Origin: Octopus bimaculoides
Lineage: Eukaryota
Assembly (NCBI RefSeq): GCF_001194135.2
Contig: NC_068998.1
Location: 6,233,862 to 6,280,052, forward strand
Direction of reading: 5' to 3'
Length of the DNA stretch: 46,191 nt
Below are positions 28,296 to 41,577 of this stretch, piece after piece. Made by a program: the position numbers and the translations under genes. Each line of letters opens with the position of its first letter. Within the stretch, counting starts at the first letter, position 1. The notes under the pieces are model-generated. The model made no database searches. It was not told the DNA's origin and saw nothing but the letters and a program-made list of their open reading frames with translations.

Positions 28296-28914
28296 GTATA
28301 TATGTATATATATACACACACACACACAACTATGCATACACGTATATATATCGTGATGTATCTATGTACATATATACGTGTGTATGTGTGTATGTATGTG
28401 CACATGACGTGACTTGGGGCATGTTTATTTTCATGTTTTCCTCATACTTTTTTATATTAACTTATTTCTTATTTGAATATAGAAATATAAGCTAGTATAT
28501 ATGATCCCTTACAATAATCCTGTAGCCTAAAAGCAAATTACTTCCCTTACCAATGAACTCTTTTTGTAAAGAGTAAAAGATAAAACGAAGTTCGTTTATT
28601 TCCTTAAGGAAGGGTAACTATTAATGAATAAAACGATATATATATATATGTACTATGTATTTCTTTTGTTTTATCTAATAGTTTCTTTGCCTTCGTATTC
28701 ATAATCTTTTGCAGCTATAAACATTAATTACTCGCAAACAATTCTGTTAAATTATGAAGTTTTGATCTCTTCAATGTTTCCTAATAAACATCTTCCCTTC
28801 TCTTTTCCTTTTTCTCTTCCTTTCTCTCCCCCTTCGTTTACGCTCTCTATTAGTTATCGAAAAGATATTGACCTACACCTATCTCTCTACTTTCTCGACT
28901 CTCTTCGTCTCTCC

Positions 28915-28950
<36 letters not shown>

Positions 28951-30604
28951 ACTCTTTTACTCGACTGCCTACCTCCTTTGTCTCTACTCTCTTCTTGCTC
29001 TCCCTCTCTCTCTCTCTCCTGGCTTTCTATTCTTAAGACTTCAATTTTCAGATGCAGTTCGAGCCGGAGTTGTAGTGGTAAGACTAATTGAGCACTCATA
29101 GTACGTACCTGATACAGAAAGTCAGTTGGCGAAAGCATCTTACACCCCCCCCCCCACACAAACACTTCCTCTTTCTCTCTCTCTCTCTCTNNNNNNNNNN
29201 NNNNNNNNNNNNNNNNNNNNNNNNNNNNNNNNNNNNNNNNNNNNNNNNNNNNNNNNNNNNNNNNNNNNNNNNNNNNNNNNNNNNNNNNNNNNNNNNNNNN
29301 NNNNNNNNNNNNNNNNNNNNNNNNNNNNNNNNNNNNATATATATATATATAAATTGTTGTCATCGTCGGTTATTTCTCGTATCCGAGAATTTAATCTATA
29401 TTTGTTGAACACTTCCTTTATGGCGATGGCGTTGATGACTTTGTAGATGAAATTCTTGCATGGAGGAACCGATGGCATTGAACGCATGTTAATGTTGGTG
29501 GAGGTGGAGGTTGATTTCGTCGAGTTCCCTCCCCTGTTGTTTTGCGTGTTTACGTGGGCGCGCGTTTAGTCGAAGCTAGCGATGGCATTCCGTTGTTACA
29601 CCATTCTGGATTCTGTCATGCGACAAAACGCTAAAACCAAATCCTTCCGAGTGTTGTTTGAGAATCACGCATGTCGTGGTAATCGAACACTTTAACCAAT
29701 CAACCATGGCATCTCTGCACACACACACACACACATACATACTCACACAAATGCATACACACACACGCGCACACACACACACACACATACATACTCACAC
29801 AAATACATACGCACACACAACCACACACACACTCACTTACACACAACTACACGCATACACATACACCCACAAACACAAGCACACACAACTACACAACCAC
29901 ACATAACCACACACACACAACAACATACACACAACCACACAACTACACACACACAACCACACACACACAACCACACACATACGCAACCACACATACAGCC
30001 ACAAACACGCACACACACACACACAACCGCACATACACGCAACCGCACATACAACCACACACACGCACACACACACACAACCACACACACACGCAACCAT
30101 ACACACACAACCACACATACAACCACACACACAAACACACACACACACACACAAATACACGCACACTTTGATCACACACATGTAACCGTTTTATTCATAG
30201 AATACGCAAACTTATCGACACGTATCCTATCAATTCCAACATCCACACTTTATAAAAGAACGCAGAAAAGCTAAAAGGACGATGTTTTTGTATTTTCTTT
30301 TACGTCGGCAAAATACTTATTATGACATGTGAATGTTACCGGTTGTTTTTGCTTGAAATCTGTCGCAGTGCTTCATCACGAAGGAGACTTTTCTGTCAAA
30401 TGAATGAATATCTGCGTTATTCAACGCATCACCTGTTCGCTGCTGTTAGTCACGTTTAACACGTAGGCACAGACGTGGTTGTGTGGTTGGAAAGTTTGCT
30501 TTCTAACAAAGTGGAATCGGGTTCAGTTCCACTGCATGGCATTTTGAGCAACTGGATATTACTGACAAAAGCCTGGAGAATAGATTTAGTAGAAAGAAGA
30601 ATCG

Positions 30605-30639
<35 letters not shown>

Positions 30640-31673
30640 GGAATTCCTATTTTGCTTTTTACACATTAACTTGTGTATATTGTGTAAAACTTGAATTACG
30701 TAAAACGTTAGAGAAAGTAATCTATTTGTTTCTTGCATTACATACCAATACATACACCTAAAGCAAAATTTTTTCAGGGGCCTTTCAAAAATTATTGTGG
30801 AACCTCAATTTACTATTTTGTTGCGTGGATCCCTAAAAATCTTGTATGGACCATCAAGGAGCATATGCACCCCGGTTGAGAACCACTGGTATATTAGATG
30901 ATCCCTCGACCTGCTGCAAAAAGGACCAATATTACATGAGATCAAAAGACAACGCCTTACTAATAAAAAGTAGAAAATATTAAACGAACTAAGATGGGAT
31001 GGTCATGAGTGGAACGCCTTTTCAGCATAGGTCTGTTCGATCTAGTACTGACCTGTGGTTAAAAAACAACAGCGGCAACAATAGACAAAAATGTCTGAAG
31101 AAAAATCGATTTTAGTGGAAAGAATTCTAAGAAATAACTGAAGGGACCAACATGAAAAAAAAAAAAAAAAATACAGATTTTTATAGAGGCGGGCTGAGTC
31201 GTGGTGTAAGTGATGGCTAAACAATACATTATATGTTATTGCTCACAGAACATATCAGAACACATGGCTTTCACAGAAACTTCGGCGAGAATATGTGTGT
31301 GTGTGCGCGCTTTGTGATCGTGTGTATGTGCGTATTACGTGTGTGTGTGTGTGTGTGCGTGTGTGTGTGTGTAAGGTTGATTGGCTTTAGGAAGTGAAGA
31401 AAGCTGCTGACACTATAGAGTCAATAAGAACAAGCATTGTTGAAAGATCTCTCTCTTCATTGATAATGGTACTTACTCGGGCTGTTTGGCAAATTGAATG
31501 TAAGATGATTGAGATAATAAGACAGCCTCTAATATACATTGGATGCGCGTGCATTCGCACATACATACATACATACATACATACATACAACTACAGAAAC
31601 GCGCTCACGCAAGACACGTGCATATAAAACACATGCTGAGAGAAACAAATATACACACTTTTACACACACACG

Positions 31674-31714
<41 letters not shown>

Positions 31715-31791
31715 ACATACGTATTCATACGTAAAGTGTGCACTGATACGGGAGCCCACACATAGGCGTCACACTTATAGAAGCGTATGCA

Positions 31792-31833
<42 letters not shown>

Positions 31834-32582
31834 CACACACACAGAGTGGTACATACACATACCTATCCCCCGTTCATAGTTTCATATACGAACACACAAT
31901 AATAAAGACACAAAGTCAAAGACACACACACACAGACAAACTCACACACATTCATTCACAGATACATACATACATACATAGATACATACATACATACATA
32001 CATGCATACATACATACATACATACATACATACATACAACTTGCACATTACAAATGCAGTCTGTAAGTGGAACACTAAAAATATGCAAGAGTCTACTCAA
32101 GATTTTGTTATCTGTATTCAAACGAAAGGGCTTTGTATCTTTATCAGAAACTAGTTCTTTTCTCAAAAGAATAATTTAGATAATTTAAAAATAAAAGAGA
32201 ATATATATTCATTTAGATAGACATACGAACATACATACATTCACAGTTACAAACAATACAAGATAATACAGTGATGCAGGTATATAAAGATTAACAATAA
32301 GATGCCCAACGTAAACCAATTCTTAACTGTCTTAACAGCATTTATAGAATGTAGTGGCCCTGGTGGTAGGACAATGGCTATGAGCGGTACGTGATGAGTT
32401 TGTGGGTGGTAGTCTCAATGGATTGTGGGTAACGGTTGATAACCAAATGAAGACATGTGGCGAACAAAATTGTTTATTTTAAACAATTGCAACGAAGAGG
32501 ATGCATTCACACCTTGCTATTATTTTTCATTTTCCTATTATTTCTCCACGTGCGGGTACCACAACCCCACTATTTACTGATT

Positions 32583-32613
<31 letters not shown>

Positions 32614-32880
32614 GAGTTTATATACTTACGTGTGTGTGTATATATCTACTATATATTTGCGAAAAGGATGGACGTTGTCTCACAAGCAATTGTGTAGGCA
32701 AAAGTGTTAGTTAATGTGGTCGGATTGACCTGAAGATTTGCCCACCTATGTTAAAAGTGATGGGGAATTTGCACGGCAACTTTGAGTTTGCTCAATTGAA
32801 ATGTGTGGCCGCTTGGGAAAAATTCCTCATCTTTAAAATGTGGCCCGAGTAGACCCGAATGAAATCGGGTTATAATACTA

Positions 32881-32914
<34 letters not shown>

Positions 32915-35753
32915 TTTAAATTCGTTTATGGTAACGTTAGGGATATACAAATAATGTGTAGATATATATATATAATGTGTGAGTATATATATATATATAT
33001 ATATNNNNNNNNNNNNNNNNNNNNNNNNNNNNNNNNNNNNNNNNNNNNNNNNNNNNNNNNNNNNNNNNNNNNNNNNNNNNNNNNNNNNNNNNNNNNNNNN
33101 NNNNNNNNNNNNNNNNNNNNNNNNNNNNNNNNNNNNNNNNNNNNNNNNNNNNNNNNNNNNNNNNNNNNNNNNNNNNNNNNNNNNNNNNNNNNNNNNNNNN
33201 NNNNNNNNNNNNNNNNNNNNNNNNNNNNNNNNNNNNNNNNNNNNNNNNNNNNNNNNNNNNNNNNNNNNNNNNNNNNNNNNNNNNNNNNNNNNNNNNNNNN
33301 NNNNNNNNNNNNNNNNNNNNNNNNNNNNNNNNNNNNNNNNNNNNNNNNNNNNNNNNNNNNNNNNNNNNNNNNNNNNNNNNNNNNNNNNNNNNNNNNNNNN
33401 NNNNNNNNNNNNNNNNNNNNNNNNNNNNNNNNNNNNNNNNNNNNNNNNNNNNNNNNNNNNNNNNNNNNNNNNNNNNNNNNNNNNNNNNNNNNNNNNNNNN
33501 NNNNNNNNNNNNNNNNNNNNNNNNNNNNNNNNNNNNNNNNNNNNNNNNNNNNNNNNNNNNNNNNNNNNNNNNNNNNNNNNNNNNNNNNNNNNNNNNNNNN
33601 NNNNNNNNNNNNNNNNNNNNNNNNNNNNNNNNNNNNNNNNNNNNNNNNNNNNNNNNNNNNNNNNNNNNNNNNNNNNNNNNNNNNNNNNNNNNNNNNNNNN
33701 NNNNNNNNNNNNNNNNNNNNNNNNNNNNNNNNNNNNNNNNNNNNNTATATATATATGTTTGTGTGTGTATGTGCGTGTGTAAGTGTGTGTATTATATACA
33801 CATACATGCATACATATGTATGTAAGCGTGTACGTTTTTTTTATGTCGGGTTATATCGTCAATATTAACCTGAAAGATTATTAAATATTCTTCAGCAGAG
33901 TATAATTTTATTAATATTTGGAAATAAAAGGTTGTCTGTTATTTCAGTGTATCTATCTTCGTAAATCTGGTCTTCAAATAATCTGTCAACCTTTTCCTTG
34001 TAATCATTCATTTATATGTACATATACTCACATATACATGCGGGCTTTGTGTGTGTTTTTAAGGATGCCAACATTTCTATTTGTATGTGTACGAATTGCA
34101 CCTGTTCATAATCTATTTTCGTGTGTGATACTTATATTTTGTACATTTTCCCAACTAGATATTCTTATTAAATTAATCAAATCCAAATATAACCTGAGTA
34201 AACAGAAAGGTGAACAGTCAACTATGGTGCAAAAATAAGTATGAAGATTAGTTATGAGAAAATAAATTCTAACAAAATAAACTAAAAATGATAATAATAT
34301 GCGTTCATAAAACACAATTAGATTAAAATACTGATGTGTATACACATTTATAATGTGTATACAGAGGTGGAACGACACAAGCTGTATTTTGTTATTTGGT
34401 TGAAACTCCTCTAAGAGATTTTAGTTTTAGAAGCACAGACCCTCGCTCAGCATACTTATGCATTGCCAGACACAGTGTACCTACTTGATTTTGGTCTCTG
34501 ACCAGCATTCACACATCAGAAATTGGTAAACAAATTAATTTCTGATATGTGTGAATGCTGGTCAAGCTAGAATTAAATTAATATACAAAACTGAAGCAGA
34601 CTTATGACAAAGTACCTGCGTGTATACACATTTATAAAGTGTGTATAATTGTGGAACGGTATTAGCTGAAATATTTCTCTGAGAAACTTCTCGTAGAAGC
34701 TTTTTTCAGAACAATGGATCGGCATACATGGTTTCCGGCGAATATTCTGGATATTCTGAGCTAAGCCGACAAATGTTTATTCCGAAACGGTAATCGGTAA
34801 ACAAAACCTTCAAGGATTTTCGCGAGCGTTAGCCAGGCTACAATGAAATTAATAAAGGAAAAAAAACCCAAAACAAACGTAAAACGTCATTAGGTGTTAC
34901 ATTTTGTCCTGGAAGATTTTCGCGAAAAGACATATTTGTCTTTTAAAATACATGAGTATCTTCAGAACAGCGGTGGATTATCAGAGACTTGTTTCAAACA
35001 GATATGTCTTCCTCAGTGACTAATAACTCAGACGTTCTGTGTTAAGCTTGTTCTGATACAGGATTCGGTAAATAATACATTGGGGATTTGTATTAGCCAG
35101 ACTAGAATTAAATTAATATACGAAAATGAAGTCGCCTTATGTTAAAATACCGCTGCGTATACATATTTACAAAGTGTAAACAAACGTAGAATCTTCTCGT
35201 AGAATCATGTGTCTTGAAATAAATAGCTTTGTTGAAAGCACAAATGGATTGCCAAACACGGTTTCGACCTGATTTTGACATTCTCAGTGAAACCGAAAAA
35301 TGCTAAGGAATTCTATAAGCATTCATCTTTACTTGGTTGAAAGCAACATAGGATAAAGGAAAATTTCAATAAAAAGCGAAAACACATAATGAAGTGACTT
35401 TTTGGTATGCCCAAAGGTACCTAAACACTTTATGAAAGGTGTGTGTGTGTGTGTATGAATATGTGTATATATATATGTGTATGTATGTAATGTATGTATG
35501 TATTCATGTATATGCATGTATGTATACGAAGTGGTGCTGAAAAGTTCCCGGTTCTCAGTATGAGGTTAAGTTATAAATATGTATAATGTACTCGACTCTC
35601 AGATTCACACACATATTGCAGAAGTCCTTCAGCTTCTCTAAGTCCTGCAAAAGAACTCAGAAGGTTGGACCTCCAGCCAGGCCTTTCGCGATACCCTTAA
35701 AACCAGAAACCTTTCAGCACCCTATTGTATATATGTGTGTGTGTGAATGTGTA

Positions 35754-35784
<31 letters not shown>

Positions 35785-37089
35785 CTCACACACATGCATA
35801 AATCAAACATGCATATACATGTATACACTCACACATATACATATTTATATATATATTTGCATATCTAATGTATTCATAAATTCACACATATGCGTGTGTG
35901 TGTGTGTATATGTGTGTCCGTGTTTATGTAAGTGTGGACTCACTGAAGAAGAAAGAAATGATCTCGCCGAAAAAAATAGTAAAAAATTAAAATAATCTTA
36001 TGAATAATAAATAGATATGAAATTAAAAAGAAATAAACGAATCCAGAGAGTAAAATTCCTCTTGGAATATCGTTTCGTATTTCAACTTCTCTTTACACTG
36101 TTGGGAATAAATGGTAGATTAAAAGACAGAATTATTGATAATGATAACAGAGAATCCCACCAACGGCCTGAATCTACCGTAATCTTACTGAAGTGGAAAT
36201 GCCAGATGCAAGCTAGGGTTACTTGTACGTTGGCAATATTTAATATAAATATCGGCCTAAGTATTGTTAGTGTTAGGGTTTTGTGTCAATCGTCGTTAGA
36301 AAACAATATGTACAGACGCCATTTTGTTTGTTTTATTTATCCATTTTATTTTGTTTATCATTTTTTTTTGTGTGGTTTTATTGTTTGGTATTCATTACTG
36401 TTTGTGTCCCTGTTATTTTATTCCATTTTGCTCCTCACTTTATTTAATATTTTGATATCTTTCTGTCCCACACAAACACATTTGTAAATATTTTCAGCTA
36501 CGCGTATTCTTTCCCATTATGTCTATCTGTTACCCACCCCCTTTCTCTTTCTCTCTCCCTACATCAGCTTGTCTGTGTTTCTGTCTCTTTCTTTCACACA
36601 GATTGTTACTCTCATTCTCTATGTTACTCTTTCTATCTTTCTCTTTCTCCTCCTACCCGATAGTTCATATTATTTCCGTTTAACTGAAGATCAACTGATT
36701 GCAGTCCACTGTTCGCATCGCAATACCATTACTGCACTATAATGCCACTTTAATGCAATGTAATGCCCCCTTAAATAGCTCACACTTTACCTAGAGTTTA
36801 TAATGTGGGCGGCCTTACTAACGCATTATCGAGCGACTGTGTGGAACACACACGCAGACTTTCAACCAATTATAATCCGTTTCAAGTGGTCTTTGCCTTA
36901 AAACGCCAGTTCATGTTCCGTTATGCCGCACATCGTTCGGTGCCGGATCGTTATCCATTATTATACTGATCTACACTATTCACAAGGGACACTGTGTGAA
37001 ATTATACTGTACACCATAATCATATATCGGAACCTCTTAACACACTACACACAACGAAATGGGACACACAATATCGATTTTACCTCTTC

Positions 37090-37159
<70 letters not shown>

Positions 37160-38832
37160 TCCGTTCCAAATGATTATCCAATGTAACTTTACTTTACTAA
37201 AACATCAACGTAAAATAGAATATGCACATGTTAACAAGTCAGAGGATGTGACTCGCTGATTAAAAATCACTTTCAAGCTGTTTTCTTTTTACTTGATATT
37301 AAAATCGGTTTCTAAATTCCAATTAAGAAATAAGGAAATACCAGAAAAAGAACATTGTTGGACAGTTATTGTACTTGACAGTGTTTCACAGCCGTGAATG
37401 GAGTTTGATAGTTTCTACTCATTGTACAGAATTAGAGGGAGCTGTATAAGGATAGGAATGATTGTGCTCCCTTCTTCGAAGTTTTAAGTTTTGTCTCCAA
37501 AGAAAGCTACGTGCTTTCGCTAGATGTTTATATATCTTTTTGGTATGCAATGAAACTTGCTCAAATGAAATATCAATCTTGAATTTTCACAATGAGTTCA
37601 TTCCAATTGTGTTAACTGGAAAGCTAGTATGTATATATATATGTATATATGTACTAGAATATCTGGAAAGCGTTTTAATAAAATATTTAAGTCGTGTCCA
37701 ATACACAAATACAGTGTACAACCACCCATAAAATGAGAATAGAAAACCATTTATAATCTTGGTGAACTATATATTGCTTCCTGAGAACATTATCGGCATT
37801 TGCTATTACTGATTCAAACTCAACAGAGTTTGGCCCATAAATAAATTAAAGGCCATAAGTGAACATTAACGTAAAGTTCTGGAATGGAAAAACATAAACA
37901 ATACACACACATACTTATTATTTAATTATTTATTACTTAATTGACTTTTCGCATTTTGCATATTTACCATAATTCGATTAATTTTTGATTCGGGCAACTG
38001 TTACTTCGATTAACTGTGCGTTTCGATCCAATATTTCCGAAAAATTGACACCAAATCCTCTTTTATAACTTATCTTCGTTACGTTCAGGATCTTTATTAT
38101 AGAATTTAACAAGAATATTTTTAAAATAATTTTTTATGTATATATGGTGTCTAGTTTACCGTTTTCTGATATACTTTCTCTTTTTCCAAGATCAGTAATC
38201 TACAAAGGTTTTCTTTTCTTTTCTTTTCTTAAAACAAAATAATTTCATGCTATCTTAATAATCACATAAAACAAGCAGCAACTAACTACCCCCACCACCA
38301 CCACCACCACCACCACCACCGCCACGACAATGGAGGCAATGACCAAACTGTTTAGTTAGTGGTTTCTTGCTAATTAGTGATAGGAAAAAACGTAAGAAAA
38401 TTGCCCTTAGAATATATCTAAATCAGATTTACGGTCAAGCGAAGTTTGTCACAAAGCAAACAATCTATTTCGAAAAAGAACAGCATTAAACATTATAGCC
38501 AGTGAAATACGCATCTTGAATGAAGATCAAGGGAAAGGTATGTTTAAAATGCCTCTAGTTACGTACGTTCGTACGTCGTGATCTGAGATCAGATATTTCA
38601 AAAGAAAATAACTAATCTGAAGTTCGAGTTGTATTTGTCGACGTAGATACCGCGATGCCACTTCTTTTTCTTTTTCTTTTTCTCCTGCTTTCTCCCTTTC
38701 TCCGTTTGTCTCTTTCTCTCTCTCTCTGTCCCACTCATTTTAGCTACCCATCTATGTCTTTATCGATCGCTTTCTCTGTTTCTCTTTATCTCTCCCTCTC
38801 CCTCTCCATCTGACTATTTATTATCGCTCCCC

Positions 38833-38881
<49 letters not shown>

Positions 38882-41546
38882 TNNNNNNNNNNNNNNNNNN
38901 NNNNNNNNNNNNNNNNNNNNNNNNNNNNNNNNNNNNNNNNNNNNNNNNNNNNNNNNNNNNNNNNNNNNNNNNNNNNNNNNNNNNNNNNNNNNNNNNNNNN
39001 NNNNNNNNNNNNNNNNNNNNNNNNNNNNNNNNNNNNNNNNNNNNNNNNNNNNNNNNNNNNNNNNNNNNNNNNNNNNNNNNNNNNNNNNNNNNNNNNNNNN
39101 NNNNNNNNNNNNNNNNNNNNNNNNNNNNNNNNNNNNNNNNNNNNNNNNNNNNNNNNNNNNNNNNNNNNNNNNNNNNNNNNNNNNNNNNNNNNNNNNNNNN
39201 NNNNNNNNNNNNNNNNNNNNNNNNNNNNNNNNNNNNNNNNNNNNNNNNNNNNNNNNNNNNNNNNNNNNNNNNNNNNNNNNNNNNNNNNNNNNNNNNNNNN
39301 NNNNNNNNNNNNNNNNNNNNNNNNNNNNNNNNNNNNNNNNNNNNNNNNNNNNNNNNNNNNNNNNNNNNNNNNNNNNNNNNNNNNNNNNNNNNNNNNNNNN
39401 NNNNNNNNNNNNNNNNNNNNNNNNNNNNNNNNNNNNNNNNNNNNNNNNNNNNNNNNNNNNNNNNNNNNNNNNNNNNNNNNNNNNNNNNNNNNNNNNNNNN
39501 NNNNNNNNNNNNNNNNNNNNNNNNNNNNNNNNNNNNNNNNNNNNNNNNNNNNNNNNNNNNNNNNNNNNNNNNNNNNNNNNNNNNNNNNNNNNNNNNNNNN
39601 NNNNNNNNNNNNNNNNNNNNNNNNNNNNNNNNNNNNNNNNNNNNNNNNNNNNNNNNNNNNNNNNNNNNNNNNNNNNNNNNNNNNNNNNNNNNNNNNNNNN
39701 NNNNNNNNNNNNNNNNNNNNNNNNNNNNNNNNNNNNNNNNNNNNTGTGTGTGTGTGTGTGTGTGTGTGTAATCTAGATGAAAAGATACCGGAGAACCAGT
39801 TCTTTTCCTGTCGCTACAGGAATCACAACCAGAGTGTTGTATTTATGAGCAACGCCCTCAACTACCCACATCCAAATCCACCATACTGTGAACAGCCATT
39901 CGAAAATTATATGAATCGAAGGTGTGGGAAACGACAGCGGTGCGATCTACACAAATGGTGAGTGCTTGGTTAAATGATGTAGTTGAGGTTCATTTCTTCG
40001 ACGAAATTGGCCAGAGAAGAAGCCAAAGACATCCCGCTGCTTTCATATATAAGACTATATAGATGGCACCACTTCTTATTGGATGCTGCTACTGATTATG
40101 AAAACAGAAGAACCATTCAATGGATAGTGTTTGAAAATTTATGAGGCGTAGATCTGTGGATAAGAAGATTTTATGTTCTGAGCTCAAATGCCGTCGGAAT
40201 CTACTTTGCCTTGGGTCCCCTCAGAAACGATACAATAAGCATAAGTTGAACACTGGGGTCGATGTAATGGATACATACCCACTTGCTCCAAATTGCTGGC
40301 CTTGTGCCAAAGATTGAAACCAGTGCATCATTATTCCAGGGTAGCGAACTGGCAGAATCGTTACCGCACCGGACTAAATGCTTAGAGGCATTTCTTCCGA
40401 CTTTATGCTCTGAGTTCAAATGCCGTCGATACAATAAGTACTAGTTAAATATTGAGGTCTGTCTATTAGACTTATCCCCACCCCCTAAATTATTGACCTT
40501 GTGTCAAATTTTAAACCAATATATCATAGATCTCACAACGGTGACAGGAGGCTTTGATGTTTTAGGCGACTGGTTATGTCAGCACTCCGTCGCTTACGAC
40601 GTCGAGGGTTCCAGTTGATCCGATCAACGGAACAGCCTGCCCGTGAAATTAACGTGCAAATGGCTGAGCACTCCACAGACATGTGTACCCTTAACGTAGT
40701 TCTCGGGGATATTCAGCGTGACACAGTGTGACAAGGCTGACCCTTTGAATTACAGGCACAACAGAAACAGGAAATAAGAGTGAGAGAAAGTTGTGGTGAA
40801 AGAGTACAGAAGGGTTCGCCACCATCCCCTACCGGAGCCTCGTGGAGCTTTTAGGTGTTTTCGCTCAATAAATACTCACAACGCCCGGTCTGGGAATCGA
40901 AACCGCGATCCTATGACCGCGAGTCTGCTGCCCTAACCACTGGGCCATTGCGCCTCCACTGTAGGCTGGTAAATTACGTTGAAAGAAAGTTCACGATAAG
41001 TTCATATTTTTATACACGTAAGAGATATAAAGAATAAAACAAAATCCATCAAGATTAGAATTTAAAAAAAGAAAAGACACTCCAAAGAAAATAGTGCAAC
41101 AAGATTTGTACTGATTTTTCCTTTTCTACTCAGCTTCCTGTTCATGATGCGTCGATATTGCAAATTATTTAAGAATGAAGTGATAATTATAACCGGCGGC
41201 GTGAAATCCGTTGTTGTTTTCGTCATCGTCTCTATCTGTAAACGAACCAAGGGATCATGTATCATTAATACGGTGATCGATCGAGTGATCAATGCTACGG
41301 TGTCCCACATGTGAAGAACTAGCGACGAGGAACGATGACACTAAGGCTGGTTAACGTGGTTCAGTTACTCAAATGTTAGTAAAACGAAATTGAAAATAAC
41401 TCGAATGAGTCGCCAGGGGAGTCCATTAATTTTCTCATTGATCAAACTGTTATGTTGTTGCTTTATGTCACTAAAAGCCATGTTTGCTGACATCTGAGAG
41501 TAAAAGAGAGAGAAGGGGGAGTAAAGGAGGGAGAGAGAGAGTAAAG

Positions 41547-41577
<31 letters not shown>

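Noticed and set aside
31477-31528. Exon-like segment on the minus strand (ttag acceptor, GTAAGT donor) inside the large intron
   Set aside because: It is 50 or 52 nt, would frameshift the receptor, has a weak pyrimidine tract and shows no homology. A poison exon cannot be excluded but has no support.
36017-36487. 156-aa ORF on the plus strand
   Set aside because: AT-rich with a low-complexity hydrophobic end and no recognisable domain; antisense within an intron, and likely chance.
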